Shown one piece after another: positions 10,837 through 19,877 of a stretch of DNA of 32,000 nucleotides. The translations under genes and the position numbers were made by a program. Within the stretch, counting starts at the first letter, position 1. The number at the start of each line of letters is the position of its first letter. The stretch is from Candidatus Saccharimonadota bacterium (GTDB lineage Bacteria; Patescibacteriota; Gracilibacteria; BD1-5; UBA6164). The stretch covers positions 930,001 to 962,000 of the forward strand of contig OZ245922.1 of NCBI GenBank assembly GCA_965229705.1. The letters are read 5' to 3'. The notes under the pieces are model-generated. The model made no database searches. It was given only the letters and a program-made list of their open reading frames with translations, and was not told the origin of the DNA.

Positions 10837-12279
10837 AGTCTTCTCTCATGCAAGAAGACCCTGAAACGAGTATAGGATTCTCATACAAGAAGACCCTAAA
10901 AGTATAAGGAGTTGAGAATAAAATGCTAGAATAAATAGGTTATTTTCTTACTAAATAACCTATGAATGCTATGTACGATGACTCTCACTTAAAAACCATC
11001 TCAGAATTAAAAACATATCTCAAAAATTCTTGTATTGCTCATATAACTCTTTCTTGCAATAAGGAAGAACGAGCAGAATGGGTGCACTCTCGCCTCATAC
11101 GTTTTAAATATAGCCGTTGCCCTAAAAAAGAAAAAGGAATCATAATACAATATATCAGATATGTCACAGGACTTTCCAGAGAACAGATAAAACGTCACAT
11201 ACAAGCATATAAAAAATGAACAAAGCTTTGTACCCCCTACAAACGAAATACTTTCTCTCAAAAATATACTCTCATAGATGAAGCACTACTGGCAGAAGTA
11301 GATAATGCAACCGGGAGAATATCTTGAGCACTGACACTTGCTCTCATTAAAGAAGAATACCTCAGGGGAGATACTCGATTTGAAAGATTGTATAATATTT
11401 CTGTGGCAGGAATCTATCGTCTCAGAGGAAGTAAGTATTATACCGAGAAAGCACTTCATATCTCTCATACTTATGCTACTAATATACCTATCTGAGTACG
11501 GAAAAAGCCTCGTCCAAATGGAAAACCTGGATATATACGAATAGATACGGTACATCAGGGTGATATAAAAGATTCTGAAGGGTACATCAAATGAGTCTAC
11601 CATATAAATCTCGTTGATGAAGTAACGCAGTGGGAAATCGTATTTGCAGTCCCTGAGATCTCTGAAACATTCTTACTCCCACTCTTAGAACAAGCTCTCA
11701 ATTCCTTCCCATTTGAAATCATCAACTTCCACTCAGACAACGGAAGTGAATATATAAATTACCAGGTAGCAAAAATGTTGGAAAAACTGAGAATCTCTCA
11801 AAGTAAAAGTAGAGCAAGAAAATCGAACGATAATTGACTCGTAGAATCAAAAAATGCAGCCATTATACGAAAAGAATTTGGGCACTGGCATATACCTCAG
11901 ATATTTGCAGATAGAATCAATCTCTTCTACCAACAGTATTTGATCCCGTATATAAACTTTCATAGACCCTGTCATTTCCCAGAAAAAGAAATACTGGAAA
12001 ACGGAAAAATAAAAGTACACTACTATAAAGAAAACTGCATGACTCCGTACAAAAAACTCTGTTCTATAACAGACTGGGAAAAATATCTACGTCTTGATAT
12101 TACCCCTGAATCTTTAGAAAAAATTTTCCTTCAAAAAACTCCTCTTCAAGCTGCAAAAGATAAGAAAAAAGCTCGAGATAATCTTCTTAAAATTGTACTC
12201 CCTAAATATCCCAATACAATAAAAACATAATAACCTATAGTATTCTCATTTCAGGGTCCTCTTGTGTTGAGAATAGACT
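10837..12279 (+). mobile_element. insertion sequence, ~1.44 kb, single rve/DDE transposase (IS481- or IS1202/ISNCY-like)
   Basis: The imperfect terminal inverted repeats are AGTCTTCTCTCATGCAAGAAGACCCTGAAACGA (10837..10869) and, in reverse complement, AGTCTATTCTCAACACAAGAGGACCCTGAAATGA (12246..12279). A second subterminal copy of TCTCATACAAGAAGACCCTAAAA lies at 10878..10900. Both flanks carry GAAAA(A) (10832..10836 and 12280..12285), a possible target-site duplication. Confidence 0.8.
10962..12230 (+). CDS. DDE transposase, integrase-core (rve) fold
   Basis: A single 422-aa frame joins the track ORFs 10962..11219 and 11940..12230 across five in-frame TGA codons (11217, 11325, 11493, 11592, 11835). 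Candidate DDE triad: GYIRIDTVHQGD, INFHSDNGSEYIN, SNDNGLVESKN. Confidence 0.88.
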
Positions 12280-12280
12280 G

Positions 12281-12314
12281 AAAAAACTCAGCTGTTTACC
12301 ATACTGAGTTTTTT
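12281..12314. terminator. weak bidirectional hairpin AAAAAACTCAG-N12-CTGAGTTTTTT
   Basis: An 11-bp A/T-rich stem with A- and T-runs, lying between the IS right end and the stop of the sigma-like gene (12337). Confidence 0.4.
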
Positions 12315-12336
12315 GTACTTTTTTGAAAAGAATGCA

Positions 12337-13392
12337 TTATTTTTTTGCTGCGTAAAAGTTTCGTCCGACTCTTTCTATAGCATTTTTGTTTTGGAGATTC
12401 ATATAAATAGTTGTTTTTTTCACGGTTCGTACTTTGAGTACTTTTTTGATGATATCTTCTGTTTTCATTGGACCACCATTTTTCTTAAGGATATCTAATA
12501 CTACATCAAGAACCGTTCCTGGAGTAAATCCCCACTCTTTAAGAGCATATATTCAACGACCAATGAGGATAAATTCCTCATTTCGAATAAGTTCATTGTG
12601 TATAGTATTTACTTTTACACTTTCTTCAAGATAGTCAGAAATCTTATTTGATATATCAACAAAGTGCATTGGAACTTTCTCTTTTTTCATCACATAAATC
12701 GCTTTGTCTTTAAGAGTTTTTGGGTTAAGAATCTTCCATCTTGTAAGTCATATGAGGATTTCTTCTCCTTTTACCAAATCATCAAATATATCCATGATAC
12801 TATCCATAAAAACAGTATCTAGCTTTCAAAAATCTGCAGAAAGCTCATGTGCTATAAGACTGTAGAGTTCTTCTTGTTTCATAACATCTTTCTTTTTTCG
12901 AAGAGTTTTTACCGCAAGGTTGTGAACAGCGTCAATAACTTTTCGGCTAATGGTTGGAAGGGTAAAGTATGTCTGTGTCCCAAGACGAGGCTTTGATTTT
13001 ACAATTTCAAAGTCAGACTGAATAATTACCTCTAACATATTAGCATTGATATTCTGTGAAAGGTTCATATTTTTTATTATTCCTGCAATAACTTTTTCTC
13101 GAGTAATTACTCCTCCATGGAGATCAATAATACTCCTTGCGAGATCTTGAATAGCTATAAGTTCGGTTGCCTTAATGATTCTTCAAATTTTCTTAATTCC
13201 TGCATCTTCTATTTGACGAACTCTTTCTCGAGTAATAGCGGGCTTGAAAGAGTTTCCAATATTTTGAAGAGTTTCTCTTCAGTGACGCATACCAACCCTT
13301 CTTTCGATAACGGTCTTCTCTTTTTCTGAGAGAGAACTGAGAACTTTTTTAAAACCAGTCTCTATTTGACTTTGTGTGAGTGTTGCTTCCAT
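12337..13392 (-). CDS. sigma-70 region-4 HTH protein with C-terminal HARE-HTH-like domain
   Basis: The N-terminus LSEKEKTVIERRVGMRHGRETLQNIGNSFKPAITRERVRQIEDAGIKKIGRI matches the sigma-70 region 4 pattern. The C-terminus KVPMHFVDISNKISDYL...IHNELIRNEEFILIGRGIYALKEWGF looks HARE-HTH-like. 351 aa; in-frame TGA = Gly. Confidence 0.8.
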
Positions 13393-13510
13393 AATGTAAA
13401 TATTTATATATTGTATGTAAACAGAAAGGTATTTTTTGTTTTAGAAAGAATACTACTTGGAAATATAATACTTGTAAAAAAAAAGTCAAAATTTTTTTTG
13501 TAAAAAGTCA

Positions 13511-13660
13511 TTTTTCAGAACTTTCTCCAGAAGCATAACCCTCCCCTAATCCCTCCCTTCGTAAGGGAGGGGAATACCATTTTCTCTTCTTCCTCCATAC
13601 ACCCAAAAAACAACACCGGGCTATATCCCGAGGTTCATACTCAAACTCAGAGCTTTGCTA
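13511..13660. repeat. structured intergenic module B, related to module A
   Basis: CTAATCC is followed by the perfect GC-rich hairpin CCCTCCCTT-CGT-AAGGGAGGG (13551..13571). A second hairpin region GGGCTATATCCC follows. Flanking motifs are TTTTTCAGAACTTT and AAACTCAGAGCTTT. The module is markedly more GC-rich than its surroundings. Confidence 0.35.
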
Positions 13661-14296
13661 AAATGGAAACTTCATATTACCTTGATTGTTTCATTTTGGT
13701 TTTTCTCACATATATTGTTCTATATTTACTGAATGCACATGACTTCCAAGAGATTCTCCAGATATATTCTTTTGAAATATATAGACTCCAATAAGCTGAA
13801 AGAGCGTAATACTGAGGGCGAAGATGGTAGCTCTTCATACCTGCACCTCGGAAAAATAGAGTTTGGATCACTGTATTAGAGCAATAGACTCAATAATACA
13901 TCAAAGCACTACGATGCTTCAAAAAAATAAAAAAGTACTCGGAGGTATTTTTAAGCATCCGTATATAGTGATATTTCTTGCCTGAGAGTGATATAACAGA
14001 ACATATAAGCTGAGTGACTGCATGATCAGTATAAAGTATCAGAGCACTCCAAATATGTTACTAAAAATACTTTCAGAATTCGCTTTTTGATTCCCCAGAG
14101 CGTTCTGAAAGTCATATATGATAACCCAAGGGAAAAATAGATTGACGATACTTATAAATATCATGAAAAACAAGAGTTTTTCTACAAAACTTTTTTGTAC
14201 AAGAAATATTTTACAGTAGTTTCATATCACTTGAGAAATTCTCACAGCTTGATGGTGTAAATGTCTCATAAAGACTTGTATATTTCTCCCCGACAT
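13658..14296 (-). CDS. hypothetical polytopic membrane protein
   Basis: The frame is open only with TGA = Gly. It reads MSGRNIQVFMRH...LLFFMIFISIVNLFFPWVIIYDF...FGVLGYFILIMQSLSLYVLLYH...FLFFGSIVVLGCIIESIALIQG...GRATIFALSITLFQLIGVYIF... with several hydrophobic helices. The start is uncertain (14296 or the ATG at 14164). The track ORFs 13677..13871 and 14211..14420 are other frames. Confidence 0.5.
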
Positions 14297-14646
14297 AAGT
14301 GTTTGTATAGAAAAAATAAAAAGAGCTATTTGGTTCTTTGATAAAAAGGGATATCATAAGTATATGTACTATGATAAGCGTGAAAAATGAAAACTCAAGA
14401 AGTATATTTGAAAAATACATTTATAGACTTATGGGCTTTTTTTTGGAGTCTGTGTACTTTTTCTTTTCTCCATTGTATGTTTTTTCTTGGTATTGTAAGG
14501 CGTGAAAATATTTCCAAAGGAAAATCATATGCCTTTTTTCGATTTTTTTCCCATGACTGGAGAAAAAATTATATAGCATCGCCAAGTTTTTACAAAATAG
14601 GAAGAATACTGTGAGATCTGATTCATAAAATTTTTTTACATAAATA

Positions 14647-15789
14647 ATGATGCGTAAAAATACAAATGCTTTCACTCTCATTGAAGTTCTCTTAGGTATA
14701 ATGATTGTAACAATAGTTATGACCTCTTGATTTCAGGCACTTAATGCAGTAGGGGTATGAAAGGTAAAACTTCTTGAGAGAACACATATTGAAAAACAGG
14801 CGTTTTATGTGAGTGAAAAATTTTTTGAAATGATAAAAAAGTGATGAACAATAGACTATGAAGAATACTGGAACAGAAAAGTAGTAGATACCACAAGTTT
14901 TGAGGCGTGACACTATGCAGTGCAGACTGGATTTTGAAATTTTGGAAATGCTGGACAAATTGGGACAACAGATTATGGAGATCCATTCTATTATTGTGTT
15001 AGTAAACATACTTCTTCTATGCCATCGGGTGGGTGTCTTGAAGACTTTAATAGTAACCAAGATGCAAGTATACTTCATCAAAACTATGCGTGACAACCTC
15101 AACGATATGGTCAATATAGAGAACATTTTATAGATAGGAACAGTGATAAAGATACCGATTTTGGAGATGAGAATGCTGATGGAGATATTCTTTGAGATGA
15201 TGATGACTTGTTTTTGTGAGAGTGACCTTTTGCTCTTGATACGCAGGAGGTACCAGAGCTATATTTGATGAGTAATGATGGAAAGCAGAGAACATTGTTT
15301 CGTTTGAAGGTGAGAGAAGATCCAGAGAAACCATCTTTTGCCTCATGCGACTTTACTGATCCTCAAAAACCACAGGGAGACGGGTGCTTAGGAACCATAG
15401 AGTTTTTGAAACTTACAGGTTCTGATGAGGGATTTTCGCATATGAATGACTCGGGTATATGAGACAATGATGGGGTGGTTGATACTTGGAGAATTGATAG
15501 AGACTTTAGTGATGGTTCAGAGGTTGTTGCTGGGAGTAGCGCGCAAGAGTATTGGCAAAAGATTTTTCCAGATACAGTGCATGTTCGAGAACTGAGTTTT
15601 TTTGTCTACCCTCAAAAAGATCATACTCTTGCATGGAAAGATGATCAGAGCGCTGTACAGGTACATCCTCATATTGCAGTCCATATGACACTTGAACCTA
15701 GCTGGAAAGTGAAAAAAAAGTTGAAGTGAACCTCGCCACAAACACACATTCGCACACATATCTCTCTCTTATCTCATGATATACAGTAG
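14647..15789 (+). CDS. type IV pilin-like protein (prepilin N-terminal methylation motif), 380 aa with Asp-rich Ca-binding-like segment
   Basis: MMRKNTNA/FTLIEVLLGIMIVTIVMTSGFQ is a class III signal with Glu at +5. One frame joins track ORFs 15265..15462 and 15475..15729. Asp-rich stretch DRNSDKDTDFGDENADGDILGDDDD lies at about 15133..15215. TAG stop at 15787..15789. Confidence 0.75.
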
Positions 15790-15792
15790 ACA

Positions 15793-16665
15793 ATGAAGTA
15801 TACAAATACACAAGGTTTTTCTCTCGTACTTGCTCTAGGAATGATGATTATGATGACATCTATAGCCCTGTTTATCCTTGAGTTTAGTGTCCCTTTCTCT
15901 CGAAGTGTTAAGTGAGTAGAACATGCTGCAAAGTCTTTTTATCAGTGATATTCAGCTTTGGAACATGGACTCTATGATCTTGAGAGAGATATTCCTCAAA
16001 AAGAACCTTCGGGTGATACGTCGACGGTAGATGAAAAAACATTTTTTCGTTATGCTTCAGAGGCAGTATGAAGTCAGATTCCTATATCATGATGAGGAAA
16101 TAGTGAATACGATACTGATTGGAATATGATTTCTTCTTCGGGGTGATTGAGTTTTTTTATTCCAGCGAATACTTTTACAAGTATTAATAAAAAAATATCA
16201 TTTACTTTTCGTGTTCCAGACTTTGATGAAAATGGAACTTCAGATAGCATAAAAAGTGGAGAAAAAGAGGTATTATTGTTTCAATTATCGAGTAGCAGTG
16301 ACTCTATTTCTTCAAAAAATCTTTTATCAACCGATTATTCTGGAAACATCTTTTCTCTTCAGGGGCTTATGCAAGGGGAGACACTTTCAAATAATTCTAA
16401 CACAGATTTTTCTACATTTTATAATGCTCACTGTATTAATGCTGACTGTGTTTTGCGGGTGGCTATTGTACAAAAACTTATAGGAGGATCACAGGGTCAG
16501 ATACTTCCATATTTAGAGTGGCAGCTCAACTCTTCAAAAGATATGCCTACAGGAGTAACAACTATTTATGCAGAGGGGCACTCATATGGCTATAGAAAAA
16601 ATCTTGCTCTTCCGTACTCTCAGAAATCTACCAATGCTGCCTTTGACTTTGTAGTATTGCAGTAA
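15793..16665 (+). CDS. minor pilin/pseudopilin-like protein (290 aa)
   Basis: The N-terminus MKYTNTQGFSLVLALGMMIMMTSIALFILEF is pilin-like: Gly then a hydrophobic helix, but no Glu at +5. It starts 3 nt after the preceding pilin gene and joins the track ORF 16147..16665 in frame. Confidence 0.55.
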
Positions 16666-16680
16666 AATCATTTTCTTGAT

Positions 16681-17727
16681 ATGAAACAATATGAAATAAC
16701 ACCAAATGACTCTGCCCAAAGACTAGACAGATTTCTCTCAAAGCTTTTTATACATGCAAGTAAGAGTCTCATATATAAGCTCAATAGAAAGGGAAAAATA
16801 AAGGTTTTTACGCCAGCACTCTCTCTATCCTCTCCAAAGCCCTCTCTCACTCAAGGGAAAACTACATGAAAAAAACAAGATAATGAATATAAACTGCAGG
16901 TATGAGATAGGGTACAGGTATTTCTTTCAGATGCAGAAATACACCAACTCACAGCCCCTATAACCCAATCTTCTTTTACCAGGAGAGATGTACCACTCTC
17001 AAAAAAAGATGTAATTTTTGAGGACAAGAGCCTGCTTATCGTGAATAAAAACGCAGGTCAAAATGTTCATCCTGGAGACCATAAAACGCAAGAAGTATCA
17101 CTCATCGAACAGGTGGAGGATTATTTTCAGTGAAAGATACAGAGTTTGACCTTTAAGCCTTCTTTGATTCATAGAGTGGATAGGGATACTTCAGGTATTG
17201 TCATGATTGCCAAGCAAAAGCATGTTCTCACGCAGCTTTCACAAGATTTTAAAACACATACACGCCTCACCAAGACCTATTTTGCCATCGTTGTGTGAAA
17301 ACTCTCGAGAGACAGTGGAACTATCAGAAAAAAACTTTTACGAGTAGAGAATGCAAAAAATGAGAATAAAGTGCAAGTTTCAGATACAGGTCAAGAGGCA
17401 GTAACGCACTACAAAGTATGTGAGCAGTATAAAGTGATGATGCCGGAATGAGAACAGTGTATTTCTCTGCTGGAAATAGTCATAGAAACAGGGAGAATGC
17501 ATCAAATTCGAGTACATATGGCACATCTATGAAATCCCATACTCTGAGATAAGACTTATGGAAATAAGAAACTCAATAGCTATTTTCTAAAACATTTTTG
17601 AGTAGGAAGACAGATGCTTCACGCTTGGAAGATCAGCTTTTTTCATCCAGAAAAGAAACAGCAAATGACACTTGAAGCAAAACTTAAAAAGGATATGATG
17701 GAGTGTATAAAATTTATACAAAAATAA
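16681..17727 (+). CDS. rluD: RluA-family 23S rRNA pseudouridine synthase with S4 domain (RluD-like)
   Basis: MKQYEITPNDSAQRLDRFLSK... is the S4 domain. Further motifs are ...LIHRVDRDTSGIVMIAK... and ...[26 protein letters not shown]. 348 aa. A 20-codon pyrimidine-rich insertion lies at 16807..16866. Confidence 0.88.
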
Positions 17728-17891
17728 TATGAATACTCCTACAAAGTGAGAGCAGAGAGCAGAAAAATCGTATAGAAACAGGTATAAACCTGTGTGAAAC
17801 CCCAAGCGTCTCGAACATATACAAAACTCTATCAGAAATCGCGCAACAAAAGCTCGAGAAAGTAACCATAGAAAGCAATGAGACACAAGTG

Positions 17892-18233
17892 CTAATGAAG
17901 AGTAACTCAATCAATATTCTGAACAATTTCTTGGATTTTCTTATATATAGAAAGATCTGCTAAGACTTCTTTTTGAAATAATGTATCTGCTTTGATACTA
18001 CACATAATACCAAGATTTATTCGTGTTTCTCATGGTTTGAGCGTCAGGATAAAGTCTATTATCTCTTGAAACCTTTGTGTATTTTCTCATATATTTTCTA
18101 ATGCTTGCGCAATAATCTCTACCTCATCATCAGGCATAGATGATGCCTCTAAGAGAGACTGAGATACACAAAAATCTGATAGTGTATCTATAAGTCTTTT
18201 TTTTGATTTCGGTAAATTTCATATTTGATTCAT
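17892..18233 (-). CDS. hypothetical protein (113 aa)
   Basis: ATG at 18233 to TAG at 17892, with TGA = Gly. It reads MNQIGNLPKSKKRLIDTLSDFCVSQSLLEASSMPDDEVEIIAQALENIGENTQRFQEIIDFILTLKPGETRINLGI.... It is divergent from tsaD. I recognise no family. Confidence 0.45.
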
Positions 18234-18327
18234 AGTCTATTATCAATATATATAAAGAAATATGGAAAAACTTTGTGTTTCCATAGTATAGCATATATAA
18301 AAAAGAGAATCAAAAATAAATACTTTT

Positions 18328-19440
18328 ATGAATATCCTTGCTTTCGAAACATCTTGCGACGATACCTCTATTGCTCTTTTTGAAAATGAAAAGCTTGTTT
18401 CAATGCAGACAAAATCACAAATAAAAATCCATAATATCACCTGAGGAGTTGTTCCAGAGGTCGCAAGCCGGGAACATGCAAATGTGATTTTTGATGTTCT
18501 TGATGCAGTTCTCACAGAAGGGAGTATCACCCTCAAAGAGATAGATTATATCGCGGTAACAACACATCCATGACTTGTTCCATCACTTCTTACCGGTATC
18601 ACGGTAGCAAGTAGTATTTCCCAAGCTCTTAGAATACCTATTATTCCGATAGATCATATAGAGGCACATATATTTTCTGCCTGGCTGGAGAGAGACGAGT
18701 TTGAAATAGTTTTTCCTCTTGTGTGTCTCACAGTTTCTTGATGACATAATGAAATATGGTATATGCAGCATATGTGGAAAAAAGAAAAACTCTGACAAAC
18801 ACAAGATGATGCAGCTGGAGAAGCCTATGATAAAGTTGCAAAAATGATAGGATGAGGATATCCATGAGGTCCAATTATCGCGAAACTTGCGAGCGAGTAT
18901 GCCTCTGAATCTTACTGAGATATGGGGACAAAACATATAAAAAATCTCTCTCTATGAGGTGGAGATACTCCGAAACAAAAGAGAGGTTTATTTCCTAGAG
19001 TATATCTCGAAAAATCAGAGTTTGGATTTAGCTTTTCAGGACTCAAGAGTGCGGTAAAACGAGAGGTTGATACACGAAAACTCTCCTTATCAGGAGTAGA
19101 TGCTACAAAGTGACAGAAGCCGTTAACTCTCGCAGATCAACAAGAAATTGCTTTTGAGTTTCAAAACGCAGTGAACGAAGTGCTTGCCTACAAACTTCTT
19201 CGTGCAGCTGAGGAAAAATGAGTCAAAACTCTTTTACTTGCTGGAGGAGTGAGCGCGAATGATGATCTCAATACCAAAATTGCTGGAGAAGCTCAAAAAC
19301 GCGGACTTCATTTTTTTGCTCCAAAGAAAAAACTCTACTGTATGGATAATGCCGCAATGATTGGCATGCTCGCATACTATAGAGTAAAATATGGCAGGTA
19401 TAGGGAAAAATATGGAATAGTTCAGGTAGGAGAGAAATAG
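18328..19440 (+). CDS. tsaD: tRNA N6-adenosine threonylcarbamoyltransferase TsaD (Kae1/Gcp)
   Basis: MNILAFETSCDDTSIALFENEKL...GGVVPEVASREHANVI...IAVTTHPGLVPSLLTGITVA...PIDHIEAHIFSA...VSGGHNEI...[23 protein letters not shown]...LLLAGGVSAN...CMDNAAMIG; 370 aa; many TGA = Gly. Confidence 0.92.
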
Positions 19441-19461
19441 CATAGGAAGTTCTAAAAAATA

Positions 19462-19806
19462 CTAGAACCCTGCTTGGTGGAGAATATCTCGCGCTGAATC
19501 TGGAGAAACATAACTCATGAGTTCGTGGTGTTCAGGTATACCTAATTCATCGAGAGTATGACCTCCCATTTTATAAATTTCAGGATCATATGAATTAATA
19601 AAATTAAAAACCTCATCTTCATCCATACCTTTTGGTACTAAACCTTGACTAATAAAGTGCTGTAAACCTTTCTGTTCAAGCATGTCATGAACATGATTAT
19701 TTCATTTTTCAGCTATAAGTTCTGCTAAAGTATCAAAACCTTTTGATACATTTGTAGCAGATGTTGTGGTAGATAATGTTGGGACAAGTAAGGGAGAAAA
19801 AGTCAT
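19462..19806 (-). CDS. hypothetical protein (114 aa)
   Basis: ATG at 19806. It extends the track ORF 19462..19683 upstream across one TGA: MTFSPLLVPTLSTTTSATNVSKGFDTLAELIAEKGNNHVHDMLEQKGLQHF.... Convergent with tsaD. Confidence 0.45.
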
Positions 19807-19877
19807 AATCTTGTTTTTAAGAAATAATATCTATACTAAGCGTATCATACTCCAAAGCAGTGGTCAAAAATTAACAC

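Noticed and set aside
10773-10853. Longer start (TTG at 10853) for the exonuclease gene, as in the track ORF 10668..10853
   Set aside because: That start lies inside the IS terminal inverted repeat. The family N-terminus begins directly at VKIIVFDTETTG (GTG at 10772).
13625-13650. GGTTCATACTC resembling a tRNA T-arm/T-loop
   Set aside because: The flanking bases do not form a T-stem, and no acceptor, D or anticodon arms can be drawn. I found no tRNA in any intergenic region.
14387-14646. Plus-strand ORF MKTQEVYLKNTFIDLWAFFW... just upstream of the pilin gene
   Set aside because: It is Phe/Trp-rich with a low-complexity translation, no recognisable motif and no clear promoter. I left it as intergenic, though a small membrane protein cannot be excluded.
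14692-15126. 144-aa minus-strand ORF, the longest uninterrupted ORF in that area
   Set aside because: It is antisense to the plus-strand gene that has a canonical prepilin signal and a 380-codon TAA/TAG-free frame. Its composition (Phe/Tyr/Cys/Ile-rich) is typical of an AT-rich shadow frame.
17729-17905. 58-aa very basic ORF (MNTPTKGEQRAEKSYRNRYKPVGNPKRLEH...) starting 1 nt after the rluD-like stop
   Set aside because: It is short and overlaps the 3' end of the longer convergent ORF 17892..18233. There is not enough evidence to call it, though translational coupling to rluD makes it a possible real small protein.
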